A stretch of DNA of 64,000 nucleotides, from positions 1-64,000 of the forward strand of contig CAJNYD010000546.1 in NCBI GenBank assembly GCA_905331295.1. Direction: 5' to 3'. Shown here one piece after another: positions 38,336 to 49,479 of the stretch. A program made the position numbers and the translations under genes. The notes below the pieces were generated by a model that ran no database searches, was not told where the DNA came from, and was given only the letters and a program-made list of their open reading frames with translations. Source of the DNA: Rotaria socialis. Lineage: Eukaryota. Each line of letters starts with the position of its first letter. Position 1 is the first letter of the stretch.

Positions 38336-39499
38336 ATGAAAATGACAAGAAAAAATGCTGACATGAGTGAACTTTACTCTTGCTGTCGTAATAACGATAT
38401 AAATCGAGTAAAAGAATTAGTTAAAACGTTAACTTTGAATGAAATAGATCGCATCGAACCCAATGGAAGCACAGCTTTGCATGTTGCATCTTACTATGGA
38501 CATACTGAAATCGTTCGATTACTGTTAGAACGAGGTGCATCTCGTTCGATCAGAAATTCGCATGGTTACACACCAGAAATTGAATCGAGAACACATGAAG
38601 TCAAACAACTTTTTCTTCGTAAAAATGAAAACGATCGATATGTTTGTCATAGTGGCCAAATTCAATGGATGAAATCTGATGAGAACATTCACAGAGAAGC
38701 AGAAAAATGGCGTTGGATAATCAAACATTCATGGGAAGGTCGCAACCTCGATTGTCTTGTGCATGAAATTCAAACTGATTTTATTGATGTCGAGTTCAAA
38801 GAATCACAGCAATTCGAAATAATACAAAAGTTTTTCAATCAAGCTAGACAAGAAATGGATCCTATTTCTTTAATTAAAGCATATACAGCCGAAACTGATT
38901 TTTATAAACATCTTAATAAACAACTGGCCATAGTCGGTGGTAATTTTAAAAGTACCAATAGTGATGTTAACCGGTGTGGAATAAAATGCTATCTGCAAGT
39001 TATCTTCACGCATCGTGACTTTGATCGATTGAGTTATATTGGTGAATCTTATCGAGGCATGTCAATCTTTAAACATGACTTAGATCAATATGAAGTTGGA
39101 TCACAGATAATGAACAACTCGTTTTTATCTACATCGTCGGATTATCGAGTAGCGGAGAAATTTGCATTGGATAATATTGACAAAAACCAAGAGAAATATA
39201 CTGCAATTTGTACTTATAAAATACAGAATGTACGTACTGCATTAAGTATCATGGAAATCTCGGAATATGAAAACGAAAAAGAAGTTCTTGTAATGCCGTA
39301 CACAGCATTTCGAGTGATATCGATCCGTACGAATTCTACTAATCAAAATGATCAGCCGGATTTTTTAATTGATCTTGAAGAATGTTTACCAGCAAGTGAA
39401 CACGGTAATCAAACTAAAAATTTAGATACTCTGAAGCCGCTGACATTTCGTAAAAAGCTCAAACGAAAATTCAACAAATGGTTAGGAAATGAGATCTAG
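38336..39499 (+). CDS. Ankyrin-repeat mono-ADP-ribosyltransferase (ARTC, R-S-E clan)
   Basis: Intronless 387 aa. Ankyrin NGSTALHVASYYGHTEIVRLLL; ART motifs AYTAET, SYRG, FLSTSS, SEYENEKEVL. Confidence 0.9.
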   Translation: MKMTRKNADMSELYSCCRNNDINRVKELVKTLTLNEIDRIEPNGSTALHVASYYGHTEIVRLLLERGASRSIRNSHGYTPEIESRTHEVKQLFLRKNENDRYVCHSGQIQWMKSDENIHREAEKWRWIIKHSWEGRNLDCLVHEIQTDFIDVEFKESQQFEIIQKFFNQARQEMDPISLIKAYTAETDFYKHLNKQLAIVGGNFKSTNSDVNRCGIKCYLQVIFTHRDFDRLSYIGESYRGMSIFKHDLDQYEVGSQIMNNSFLSTSSDYRVAEKFALDNIDKNQEKYTAICTYKIQNVRTALSIMEISEYENEKEVLVMPYTAFRVISIRTNSTNQNDQPDFLIDLEECLPASEHGNQTKNLDTLKPLTFRKKLKRKFNKWLGNEI

Positions 39500-39751
39500 A
39501 TCAGGTACTTCAATCAAGATTTTTTGCTTTAAACAATATCAGCAATGGAAGTTGATGTTATTTTGTAATAGTAAATTTGCATTTTACCAATGCTTCTAAG
39601 TCGATGACCTTCCCCACGCTCTTCATAATAGTTGTGCTTATTTTTACTAAAATTATGATAACTAACTATGAGTGTAAGTTAAATGTTATGTAAAAAGTTG
39701 AAATACGAAATTTTTCAGATTTAAATAAATTTTCCGCTCAAGTTTTTAACG

Positions 39752-40882
39752 ATGTCATCTCATCATGAAGTTGAAATGGAAAGTTTGATATCGTCGCCTA
39801 ATCTGGTGTCAACGCCACGATTTATCAGCGACATTGATGAACTACAGAATCCAATCTTCGAAATTACGTCTCCACTACAGCCGTCGCGCCAACGTCGCAT
39901 TACTATTAAAGTGTTGCTTGATATTGCGCTTTTTGTGATACTTCTAGCAACTGGCCTATGGTTATTTGCTAACGTCGGTCGAAGTCTCTTATTAAAATCG
40001 TTTGGGGATGCATTTCTTATCACAGGCATAATGCTTGCAATATTAAGTATATGGTTAGTTTTAACAGGAGCATCAATGTTTCGAAAAATCAATCTATTAA
40101 AACTGATAGCTGCTCTTATTGTACTCATCATTGGACTTTCTCTGATTCTCATGGGTAACAAAGAAAATCGACTAGCCGTTGGTTATGCTTTGTTCGCTAC
40201 TGCATTGCTGATATTGATAACAAAATTTTTTTTTCTCATTGAAGATGAACAAATTCGGATTGAACGTTTAGAACGAGAATTGAAAAAAGCAAAGCAATCA
40301 GCTGGAATGGGTATGGCTTTGTCTTACTTCTACAATTTTATTGTGCCTACAGCAGCAAATATACGATCGATGGACGAGGGACATACACCAATCGATATGG
40401 AAGTCAGTCGTGGAAAATTCGAAGAATATCAGTTGACGACCGATCAATTGTTTGTTATTGTACCTCGTGATCTTGACGGTTCTGATATGAAGGTATTTCT
40501 AAAAAACGTATCATCATCCCCGAATCCGTCTGTTATACAAGGAAAACCAAAAGAACGACCAGGTAATGATACACATCGTCCGATGTTCGTGTATTTTCTT
40601 GAATGGGACCCAGCAAAAAAAGAATGTAACGGTCTATTTGATATTCCAACAATAATATCGGCATGCTGGGATCGACGTAAACACGGAAAAAATGATCAAC
40701 ACGATACGATCAATATTACTGATGAAATAATGATATTTCAAAATCAACTTCTTTCATTGATTAATGAACATCCAATAACATATGGAAAAGTACGCATTCT
40801 GAGTTTTCCATCACTACCGTTTCGTTTCTCGGACATTAAATATGTTGTAACACAACTAGCTCATGGTGCAGCTTTAGAATAG
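39752..40882 (+). CDS. Four-TM protein with a C-terminal STING ligand-binding domain (bacterial-like STING)
   Basis: Intronless 376 aa. Four hydrophobic helices (~aa 52-162), a coiled linker, then GMALSYFYNFIVP, LFVIVPRDL, RPMFVY and FDIPTII, which resemble STING-fold signature segments. Confidence 0.7.
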   Translation: MSSHHEVEMESLISSPNLVSTPRFISDIDELQNPIFEITSPLQPSRQRRITIKVLLDIALFVILLATGLWLFANVGRSLLLKSFGDAFLITGIMLAILSIWLVLTGASMFRKINLLKLIAALIVLIIGLSLILMGNKENRLAVGYALFATALLILITKFFFLIEDEQIRIERLERELKKAKQSAGMGMALSYFYNFIVPTAANIRSMDEGHTPIDMEVSRGKFEEYQLTTDQLFVIVPRDLDGSDMKVFLKNVSSSPNPSVIQGKPKERPGNDTHRPMFVYFLEWDPAKKECNGLFDIPTIISACWDRRKHGKNDQHDTINITDEIMIFQNQLLSLINEHPITYGKVRILSFPSLPFRFSDIKYVVTQLAHGAALE

Positions 40883-41221
40883 AGAACATGACTATGGATT
40901 AATAATAATAACTGATTTTTACGATGAATAAAGACTAGTGATTAGCAGAGATATTCGCTCATTTTTGGAAATATCTAAAAAGAGATCTCAGGTGAGGAGA
41001 GAACCCGTCCAGCAGGTCCTACTCCTAGTGTGGAGCAGTTCTCGGTTTGAAACTTTGACAGAAATTTTCAAAAGAAAAGTGACTATGCAGAATCTTAACA
41101 CTTATGAAAGCTATAGTACGATTGTTTCGAATTCTACATGCATTGCTTCGTTTGCTATCAATTAAATAACTTAAAAATAACGGCGCAAATTGTATTGCCA
41201 TAATTAATTAGAAGAGATACG

Positions 41222-42773
41222 ATGTATTATAGCTTGAAAGAATTACTTATCAATGATTATTTTAAATTCAATGATAATAAAAGTGATGATACTAAATCAG
41301 TTTGTATAGATAATGAACAGCATGTTTATTATAATGTCATGTATCATAAAAAAACGACTAGAGATTATTTGCGTACAGTTCTGCATCATCCAATTTATGA
41401 GTATTTTTTGACGTTTGTTATTATATCCAGTTCAATAACAGTTGGTTTAAGCTTAGAAACAGATGAAAATAATAAAAATAATAATTATCGCCAAAACTTG
41501 GTTTACGCATTTGATGAAATCTTCATTGCAATATTGTTTCTTGATTTTTCTCTTAAAATATATCTAGAATCATGTCATTATTGGGTTGATTGGACAAATC
41601 TGTACGATTTTATTATTATTCTTTTTGGTCTTATTGAAATTATTTGGAATTTATTTGTTCAAAAACAATATTCAGCTATAAGAAACTTATTAAAAGGCTT
41701 CCGATTATTACAATTAATACGCTTACATCGAATCATAAGATTATTTGATGGTCTACAATTATTAACGCAAGCTTTAATGAAAACCGTATTGACATATACA
41801 TTCAGCGTTGTTATTCTTGTTTTCTTATTTATTTATATTGTTGCTGTTATTGGACAAATTCTTTATGGTAGATCAGAAGATAGGTAACGGAGATATGTGA
41901 GGTAGCTAAAAAGTCATAGAATCGTGTAAAACCATGCACCAGGCAGACAATAGATCTTTTTAGAACGTACACGAAACTGTACAAATAAATCGCATTAGAT
42001 TCAATAATGACGATCTTCTTCTTCTTTAGTCTTTGGCATCATTTTTCTACGTCATTATCTATTGCTACGCGATTAACATTAGTCGACAATTGGAATTTAA
42101 TTGAACCCGAACTTGAAAATCACGGTAGTCCACCAATATCCCGTTGGTTTCTGATAATTATAGTTTTTGTTGGTAATCGTATCGTTACCAATGTCCTCGT
42201 TGGATTAATGATTGAAAGTGTATCATCTGTCAATGATGATTATATGAAAGAAAAACGTGAAAAGAAAAATTTACGTAATCAAAAAAAGCGTGAAGAATTA
42301 AGTAAACGTAAGTATTATTGAACATGAAGTTCGAATTAAAAAAGCAAACTACTTAGGTACAACGCAAATATTTAATACAAGAGCTTCAGATACGAATAGT
42401 AAAACAAATAGAATCGAACAGACAAAAGAACTCATCAAATCCAAATTAAATTGGCTTCATAATGAAATCATTTCTCCGAAAGATTTCATATTTTTAATTG
42501 ATTGGTTGGAGAAGCTAGTTGCATGCAGGTAATATTTAAATGCTGCTTACTGATTGACCAGCAATGTATTAGTTACATTAGAATTTTTCAAATATAGTAT
42601 TCTAAACTCTATTACTTTCTAGCGAGAAATCTCAGATCGAAGTTAAATCAATTCATCGTCTGATAATACATAATATTCAATCGTTATCATATGTAATCAA
42701 TGAAAATATGAAGAAAAACGAATATAAATTGACAAAATTGGACGATAAATATCATGACAACAGCAATACATGA
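41222..42773 (+). CDS. Single-domain 6TM cation channel, CatSper3-like
   Basis: Exons 41222-41883, 42030-42307, 42357-42528, 42623-42773 join in frame. S4 FRLLQLIRLHRIIR; S5; pore TLVDNW; S6 TNVLVGLMIE; C-terminal coiled coil. Confidence 0.75.
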
Positions 42774-43067
42774 CTATTTATTTTTCTAATATTTTCACGA
42801 GCACCACGCCGTAATTATATATAAGATTTCAGTAATAAAATAAAATCATACCAAAAGAAATTCATTTTTTTTATAACATATCAAGTAGGGGTAATGAACC
42901 TACACATCATACAATCCTATAGGTGTCACACACAGTCGATAATTGCTTATATTTTATTTGCCATATAAAAGCCGTTGTGGATAGGTTAAAACAATCATTA
43001 ATATAGTAACGGTTGTCAAGAACAGTACATATAAATTATTTAGTCAATACTTTCTATTGTATCAACG

Positions 43068-44286
43068 ATGGTTAAACTACATGTTAAACATGGCGATGAA
43101 AGTCAATTTTTATTTGAAATAGCAGCAAATACACCTATCGATACTTTAATTAATCAAATATCGCTTATTTACAATGGTCGACTGAAAGTTCATCGAATTT
43201 GCGGCGGTATATAAAAAAATTTCTTTTTATTTATTTTTTTGTTTCAATATTGTTGATTCCTTTTAGAAGTATCCATGTTAGCTAAACATGGCATAACATT
43301 ACCTGTTAATATGCAAGGTTTAACTGAAGATCAAATAACAGACTTGAAATTAGTAGATGAATATGCTGATAAATGTATTCCAATGGATGGTTATGTCGAA
43401 GAAGAGGATGGAACTGGAAGACGAAATGGACGTGGTAAAGATCGAAGATAGTTTCGAATCCTTGTTTTTTTTGTTAATTCAAATTTCTATTTTAGCTCCA
43501 ACAGAAAAAATGCGTTCAATATTAGAACGTACAATTCAAGAAGCAAAAGATAAAATTTCCAAAGTAAAAAAAAAACTAAATGAAAATCAGTCGAATGATT
43601 GTTGTGCTTTTTAGAAACTAGTACAAGCCGATCAATGTGTAACATGTGATCAAATTAATGAAGCATTACAACAATTGAAAGGGGCTGTAATGATTGTTTA
43701 TCCCATGGGTTTACCGCCGTACGATCCAATTGAACTTGAATTTAAGAATCAAGAAGAACTTGAAGGAACACAAGTAAACAGAAGCATTTTTCATGAGATT
43801 TTTATTATCGATGAAAATTTTTGCGTTTAGGATAGTCTCGATGTCATACCAGAAACTGATATGACACTATGGTTTAGCGGTAAAGAGATGCATCGTGGTA
43901 AGCTCCTGTCGGATTCTGTTGGTAAAAATGAAAAAACCAAAGTAATCGTTAAAATTCAAAAGGTTTGAAACCAAAAATTCATTCATATAGAAACACAAGC
44001 AAAACTGAATTTATTTTAGAAAGGTAATGCAGCACCAGCTCGAGAACGTGTTGTATCAGACGACGAACAGAAACAAATGATGGCTTATTATTATAGAAAA
44101 CAACAAGAACTTAAAGTAAGAATAATAATTTTCGAAAACAAAATATTAATCTTTTGTTTCGCTCGAATAAAATAGAAACTTGAAGAAAATGAAGATAATT
44201 CGTATATGGATTCTGAATGGGCTGATCGAAACTCGTTAAAACGTACATTTCAAGGTCTCAATGACATTAAATGGAAACCAAGATAA
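43068..44286 (+). CDS. CFAP298: Cilia- and flagella-associated protein 298 (C21orf59 ortholog)
   Basis: Spliced translation MVKLHVKHGDESQFLF...YNGRLKV...NMQGLTEDQI...GRRNGRAP...GAVMIVYPMGLPPYDPI...GKNEKTKVIVKIQK...YYYRKQQELK...DIKWKPR*, across six ~55-60 bp introns. Confidence 0.95.
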
Positions 44287-44368
44287 ATGAATGTCACTTT
44301 TTTTCTCCTTGTTATGTTAATAAACTGAAATAATATCACCGGATATCGACTAAAATACATTTTTATGT

Positions 44369-44695
44369 TTACACCTGATAAAAATCATCATGAGTTCGAC
44401 AATTATAACGATAAACAGGCATGTAACATTTTTTATCATCGTATTCACTGCTTGTTGGCGATGATTGATAATCAGATCTCATTTTAAGCCGTTGTTCGAA
44501 ATATAAAATAATAATAACCATCAGCAACATAATACTAACACCAATGAAGCAGCCACATAAACAATATAAGATAAAACGTTCAGAATTTTCTATTGCAAAA
44601 ACAAAACAGAAATTATTTTAGTATGAATATAAAAAAATTTAATTCGTCATACCACGAACAAATTCACGTGTCTGAAGCCAATCAATAACGATCAT
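44369..44695 (-). CDS. Small single-pass membrane protein, EVA1/FAM176-like
   Basis: Exons 44695-44653 and 44589-44369 give MIVIDWLQTREFVRENSERFILYCLCGCFIGVSIMLLMVIIIL...FYQV*. Not in the ORF track; the 5' end lies in an assembly-duplicated segment. Confidence 0.55.
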
Positions 44696-45292
44696 TGATA
44701 TATATTTTCTGCATAATCCNAACAATATAAGATAAAACGTTCAGAATTTTCTATTGCAAAAACAAAACAGAAATTATTTTAGTATGAATATAAAAAATTT
44801 AATTCGTCATACCACGAACAAATTCACGTGTCTGAAGCCAATCAATAACGATCATTGATATATATTTTCTGCATAATCCTATAATGACAGATCAATTTTT
44901 TGGTATGCCAGCTCATGCGTCTTTATCACATATATATATATATATAGAGAGAGAGATCTATATGATTATATAATAGAGACTGATCAATTCAAAGAAGAAA
45001 AAAATGGCACAAGATTCACGTACAGCAAACAGACATCTCAAATCGATCAAACAGAAAGACAGCGTTCTGGCAGATGATCCAAGAAAAAAAGAATTCCAAA
45101 TTGTTCTTACTGAATGTATACGGAATTGATTAATAGAAACAAACCACTGTCTATCGATCGCAACCGTCTAGTAGTTCACTACGATGTTTTTACTTATTCT
45201 CTACTGAATGTTTTCGTTAGACAATGACGCTTTGATACAACTGTGCGATAGGTCCAACTGCTCTTATGATAGACACACATGGAGATGAGCAA

Positions 45293-45856
45293 TCATTTTC
45301 TTCTTTCTATTTCATCAAATGGCTCCGTATCCTTATAACAACGAAGAAAAACATGATCGATAATTTCATCGAGTTTTTTTCTTGGAAAATTTGTGCAAAT
45401 TTCCATCGATTCTCGTGTTCGATCTTTTACACATGATGAATGTTGATTTTTTAATAAAAATGGCCGCGATGATGATGATAAATGATTGAATAGAGAACAA
45501 TGATTTGATAATGATGCTGCACGAATTTCGGTACAGGCAAGATGATATGGATTATTGAAATCTATATTAACACGACAATAATCATAGGCATGAATAAGTT
45601 CATGTTCGAAAATAGTACAAAATTCTTCTGATGAATGAAGATTTTCAGGATATAAAATTATTTGACATGTCGAACGATCAAAACCACCACGTAGATTTTC
45701 ATCATTCGTTTCACAGGCTAAATGACGATGAAAATCAAATGTACAACCACGAGACGATAATGATTGTAATAAACGTTGAATAGATTCACGTTTGGTAATA
45801 CATTGATGTGCTTGTTCATAGCAATTACGAATTATTGGGTTTAGTTCATCCGGCAT
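45293..45856 (-). CDS. ATP23: Mitochondrial inner membrane protease ATP23
   Basis: GGFD, HELIHAYDYCR, HLACTEIRAASLS, CYKDTEPFDEI. Likely start MPDELNP at 45856. Confidence 0.92.
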   Translation of the reverse strand: MPDELNPIIRNCYEQAHQCITKRESIQRLLQSLSSRGCTFDFHRHLACETNDENLRGGFDRSTCQIILYPENLHSSEEFCTIFEHELIHAYDYCRVNIDFNNPYHLACTEIRAASLSNHCSLFNHLSSSSRPFLLKNQHSSCVKDRTRESMEICTNFPRKKLDEIIDHVFLRCYKDTEPFDEIERRK

Positions 45857-46161
45857 GTTTTCCTTGAACCTAAAATGACAGATATTATGCCAGTCCCCTC
45901 GAGAAAAAAGAAGCATGATAATACTTGATATCGGTAGATTAATTACGGATGAACTTGGAATGGTTATCAGATATTTTCTTGATGCAAAGAATGATTGATT
46001 ATCTGAATTTGACGACTGGATATGTAAGAGTGAAAACAAAAAATGTCGCTATTAGTTATGAAGACAATAAACTTTTTCGGGATTGAAGGAATAGAACAGC
46101 CTATTGGATAACGGATCAAAGTTTGTAACATTTATTTTTATTATCATTTGAAAAATAAACG

Positions 46162-46698
46162 ATGGGTGCAACATCATCGCAGACTGAGAGTCACTATCAA
46201 CCTGATTTTGGAACATTTGATAAACTGAAAGCCATTGATATCGATGGAAATGAAAAGCCGATGTCGGATTTTCAAGGAAAAGTTCTTATGGTCGTTAATG
46301 TAGCATCGTCATGTGGTAAAACCGATCGCGAATATAAACGTTTAGTTGATTTATATGCTCGTTATCGTGAGCAAGGCTTCGAAATTTTAGCATTTCCCTG
46401 CAATCAATTTCTTTATCAAGAACATGGTACATGTTCAACAATAAAATCCTTCATTAAAAAATATAATGTTGAATTTCCTATGTTCGATAAAATTAATGTC
46501 AATGGTGATGATACACATCCGATCTATGCCTGGCTGAAACAAAGTTATCCTGGTCGTGTAACATGGAATTTCTCAGGAAAATTTCTAATCGATCATCATG
46601 GTGTGCCACGTGCACGTGCCAATGATAATTATGATGAAATCGAAAAAATTATTCAAAATTTACTAAAAGAAAAACAAGATGCAGAAAATAAGCACTAA
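46162..46698 (+). CDS. gpx: Cys-type glutathione peroxidase (PHGPx-like)
   Basis: GKVLMVVNVASSCG, ILAFPCNQF, WNF; intronless; N-terminus MGATSS. Confidence 0.93.
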   Translation: MGATSSQTESHYQPDFGTFDKLKAIDIDGNEKPMSDFQGKVLMVVNVASSCGKTDREYKRLVDLYARYREQGFEILAFPCNQFLYQEHGTCSTIKSFIKKYNVEFPMFDKINVNGDDTHPIYAWLKQSYPGRVTWNFSGKFLIDHHGVPRARANDNYDEIEKIIQNLLKEKQDAENKH

Positions 46699-47453
46699 TT
46701 TTTTGTGATCATTTTTATGATTTTGTGATATGAAACCGGAAGACATCACTTTTTTTTGATACCTCAAGCTATTCGTATTGTCAATGATTGGAATAGAATA
46801 AATGTCTATTGTGATGCGAGAAGGAAATTCAGTTATTTAAGTGGTATATTGCCGGAGGGTGTATAGGAGGGAGAGAAGAAAAAAAGAAAAAGTGCTAAAT
46901 GCCGTCTGTTTTCTAGTTGTCACTGAGGTTCATGAAAAATATGTATCGAATCATTTGGAATATTTCGACTTTATGATGGCAAATAAAAGACCATTCGATG
47001 ATGAGTAAGTGTTTATAGTTCTTTTTCGCCAATTAAATCTTATTTACAGTCACTTGCAACACTCTTAACAATCTACCCGCTGTGCAAAAAACAGATGATC
47101 GGTCAGATAATTTTCAAAAAAAAATAAATCTCTAGTTTTTCAACCAATAAACCATTAGACAGCGTACTATATTAAAATGTGATATGATGACATTGATTTC
47201 TTAATTTGTAATACATAGAATTTTCTCATTACATCACCGCTGATGAATGTCAAACATGATCTGAAATTATCATGAGAATTTTCTCATTGTACTCTTACCA
47301 AAACGAATGAGATCATCAAGAGAACAACGAGTTGCCAGTGTTTTTTTTCTGTTCATCTTTGATCTTCTCATTTCGTATATAAACAGAAGGAGAAATTTAT
47401 TCGTACATCAGAATAGTTCCTTTTTTTCTTCTTCTCTTCTATTTAGACTCGAT

Positions 47454-49479
47454 ATGCCATTGCTGAATAGTGATTTACGAAAAGAATTTCTCGCATATAT
47501 CAATCAACCTGAATCATGCGAATTATTTTACATCTACATGAAATCGGAACAATTGGCATATGTACTGGAATTTTATTTAGCGTGTGATGGTCTAAAAAAT
47601 TTAGCTGATGATAAAAAAAATCAATGTGCTATTATTAAACTTATTTTTAAACATTATTTATCACATGGAAAATCTTTATCATCATCAACGATATTTTCTC
47701 TGCCAGACGATTTACTTTCGTCGATAAAACAATGTTTAACAAAACACGAATTTCATCTGAAATTTTACGATCAAGCACAAGAATATGTTCTTAAATATAT
47801 GTTACAAATGTGTTATCCGAAATTTCTCATTGAACAACAAAATTCACCGGAAACAAAGCGGCAAGCTTTGACGGCACCGAAGTTCACGCCGATGCATCGT
47901 CGCTGTATATCAATACGGAAAAAAGATGTTTTCGAAAAATTCAAACAGCAATCAAATCTTTCGTAAGTTTCCTACAGAAGAATAATCGATTTTTATTCGT
48001 ATTAAAATATTCAGTGTGAAATTTGACGTTAAAGATCTATAATTGAGAAAAAAAAATATGAATACTAATTAATGATCTTATTTCTTTTTCGAGTGTTACT
48101 CTATGCCTATTAAAATGACATGTCAATAGCCTATCGACCTCAGGTGAGTGCTGTTAATTCAATTCAGACGACCACAAAAAAAAAGAAAAGAAGGTGTCAT
48201 CATTAAACCATATGTTCATGTGTGACATATGCTTGAAAAAGAAGAAGAATCTGTCTGCGGGCTACGCTCATCATAATGATGATCAAATACGTGTGCCTGT
48301 GCATTTCGTCACACTTTCGCTTGAATACTTGATTGTAGAAAAAGAAAAGAACAATCTGTAGATTACCCCTGATAGATGATTAAGCGTCGGCCGTTTTGCA
48401 TCAAAGTATGTGCGCTCTCCTTTTGATCGTTCTAACTTCTAACATTGTCGCTTCCTTTCATCTTGTCAACATGAATCAGATTCAATTAGATTACACTATG
48501 ATGCCACCGCCGCCGCCGCCACCACCGTCGACATAGAAAAAGAAACAGAAACAGAGACATATACATATCTTTCATTTGAGTCTGCATGTATACTTATGTG
48601 AACAATGACATTATTACTCATGCCTCACCCTTATTATTTGTAAGTTTTGCACAACAAAAATCGAAATCTGAATTGTTATTTTTAGTTCATTGGAAAGTTC
48701 GACCGTAATCGCTGATAATCAAATTGGATTGAATAGTTCAAAACAATCAGTAAGTGGAAAAATGTTTAGATTAAAAAAAAAATATTGTTGATTTTATTTT
48801 CAGCGATCTACAAAAGTAATAAAACAAGAAAAAAATCTATGTAGTCTTGCTCAACGAAATCCATCGGCATTTTTCGAAGAAATTAAAACTCGTTTATTAG
48901 CATATCAAACTGAAATTCCTGATCTCATGATTGGCGATGATCCATTCGCTGTTCTTGATTTACAAATAGCAAAAACAATTGATGATGCTGATAATTTTCT
49001 AAATGAAAGTTCGATCGATCATTTTACAAGATATGATTCAGGTGTGGGAACAGATTCATCAGAAAAGTAAATCAACTATAAATTTTTCTTCGTTAATAAA
49101 TTGAAAATTTCGTTTCTGCGTTAAGAAATTATGAAACATTTTGTACAAAAAGACGATATCCATCAATTGATGTTATATGGAATCCATCACTCGATAGTAA
49201 CAATGCTCTTCTATCGACAATTCCTCGTATTTATAATAGATTAACATTTAAAGAATTTCGACAATTATTTAAAAAACAAACAACATATAGGTATGAATAA
49301 AAATCTATAAATAACGATAATGATTGTTGTACAGTCTATGTTTTAGATATTTCTTTAAAACAATATGTACGCCTGATATTAATAAAGAGCAGTATGTCTA
49401 TCGAGAATTAACCATGGACGATGAATTAGTACCATTTTTTGATGGAAAAATTTTTGTACAATTAGATCGAATCTATTGA
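47454..49479 (+). CDS. axin: Axin-like protein (RGS plus DIX domains)
   Basis: RGS exon (LEFYLACDGLK...YDQAQEYVLKYM..CYPKFL). Later exons have NPSAFFEEIKTRL, DPFAVLDLQI and DIX (LTFKEFRQLF..YRYFFKT..VYREL..VPFFDGKI); stop at 49477-49479. Confidence 0.88.

Noticed and set aside
14620..40161. Antisense or alternate-frame ORFs inside long genes (e.g. 14620, 23016, 23661, 27547, 34441, 38525, 39763)
   Set aside because: Shadow ORFs of real coding sequence with no motifs of their own.
38336..42773. Bacterial CBASS operon or contaminant contig
   Set aside because: No CD-NTase seen, host-like AT content, and contiguous with intron-containing metazoan genes.
44560..44879. ~160-bp tandem duplication
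   Set aside because: The copies are separated by a single N (44720), typical of an unmerged contig overlap.
45857..46039. N-terminal extension of the ATP23 ORF
   Set aside because: Non-ATG start, low-complexity UTR/intron-like sequence, and no ATP23 similarity.
47307..47453. N-terminal extension of the Axin ORF
   Set aside because: Pyrimidine tract and tttag acceptor indicate intron sequence.
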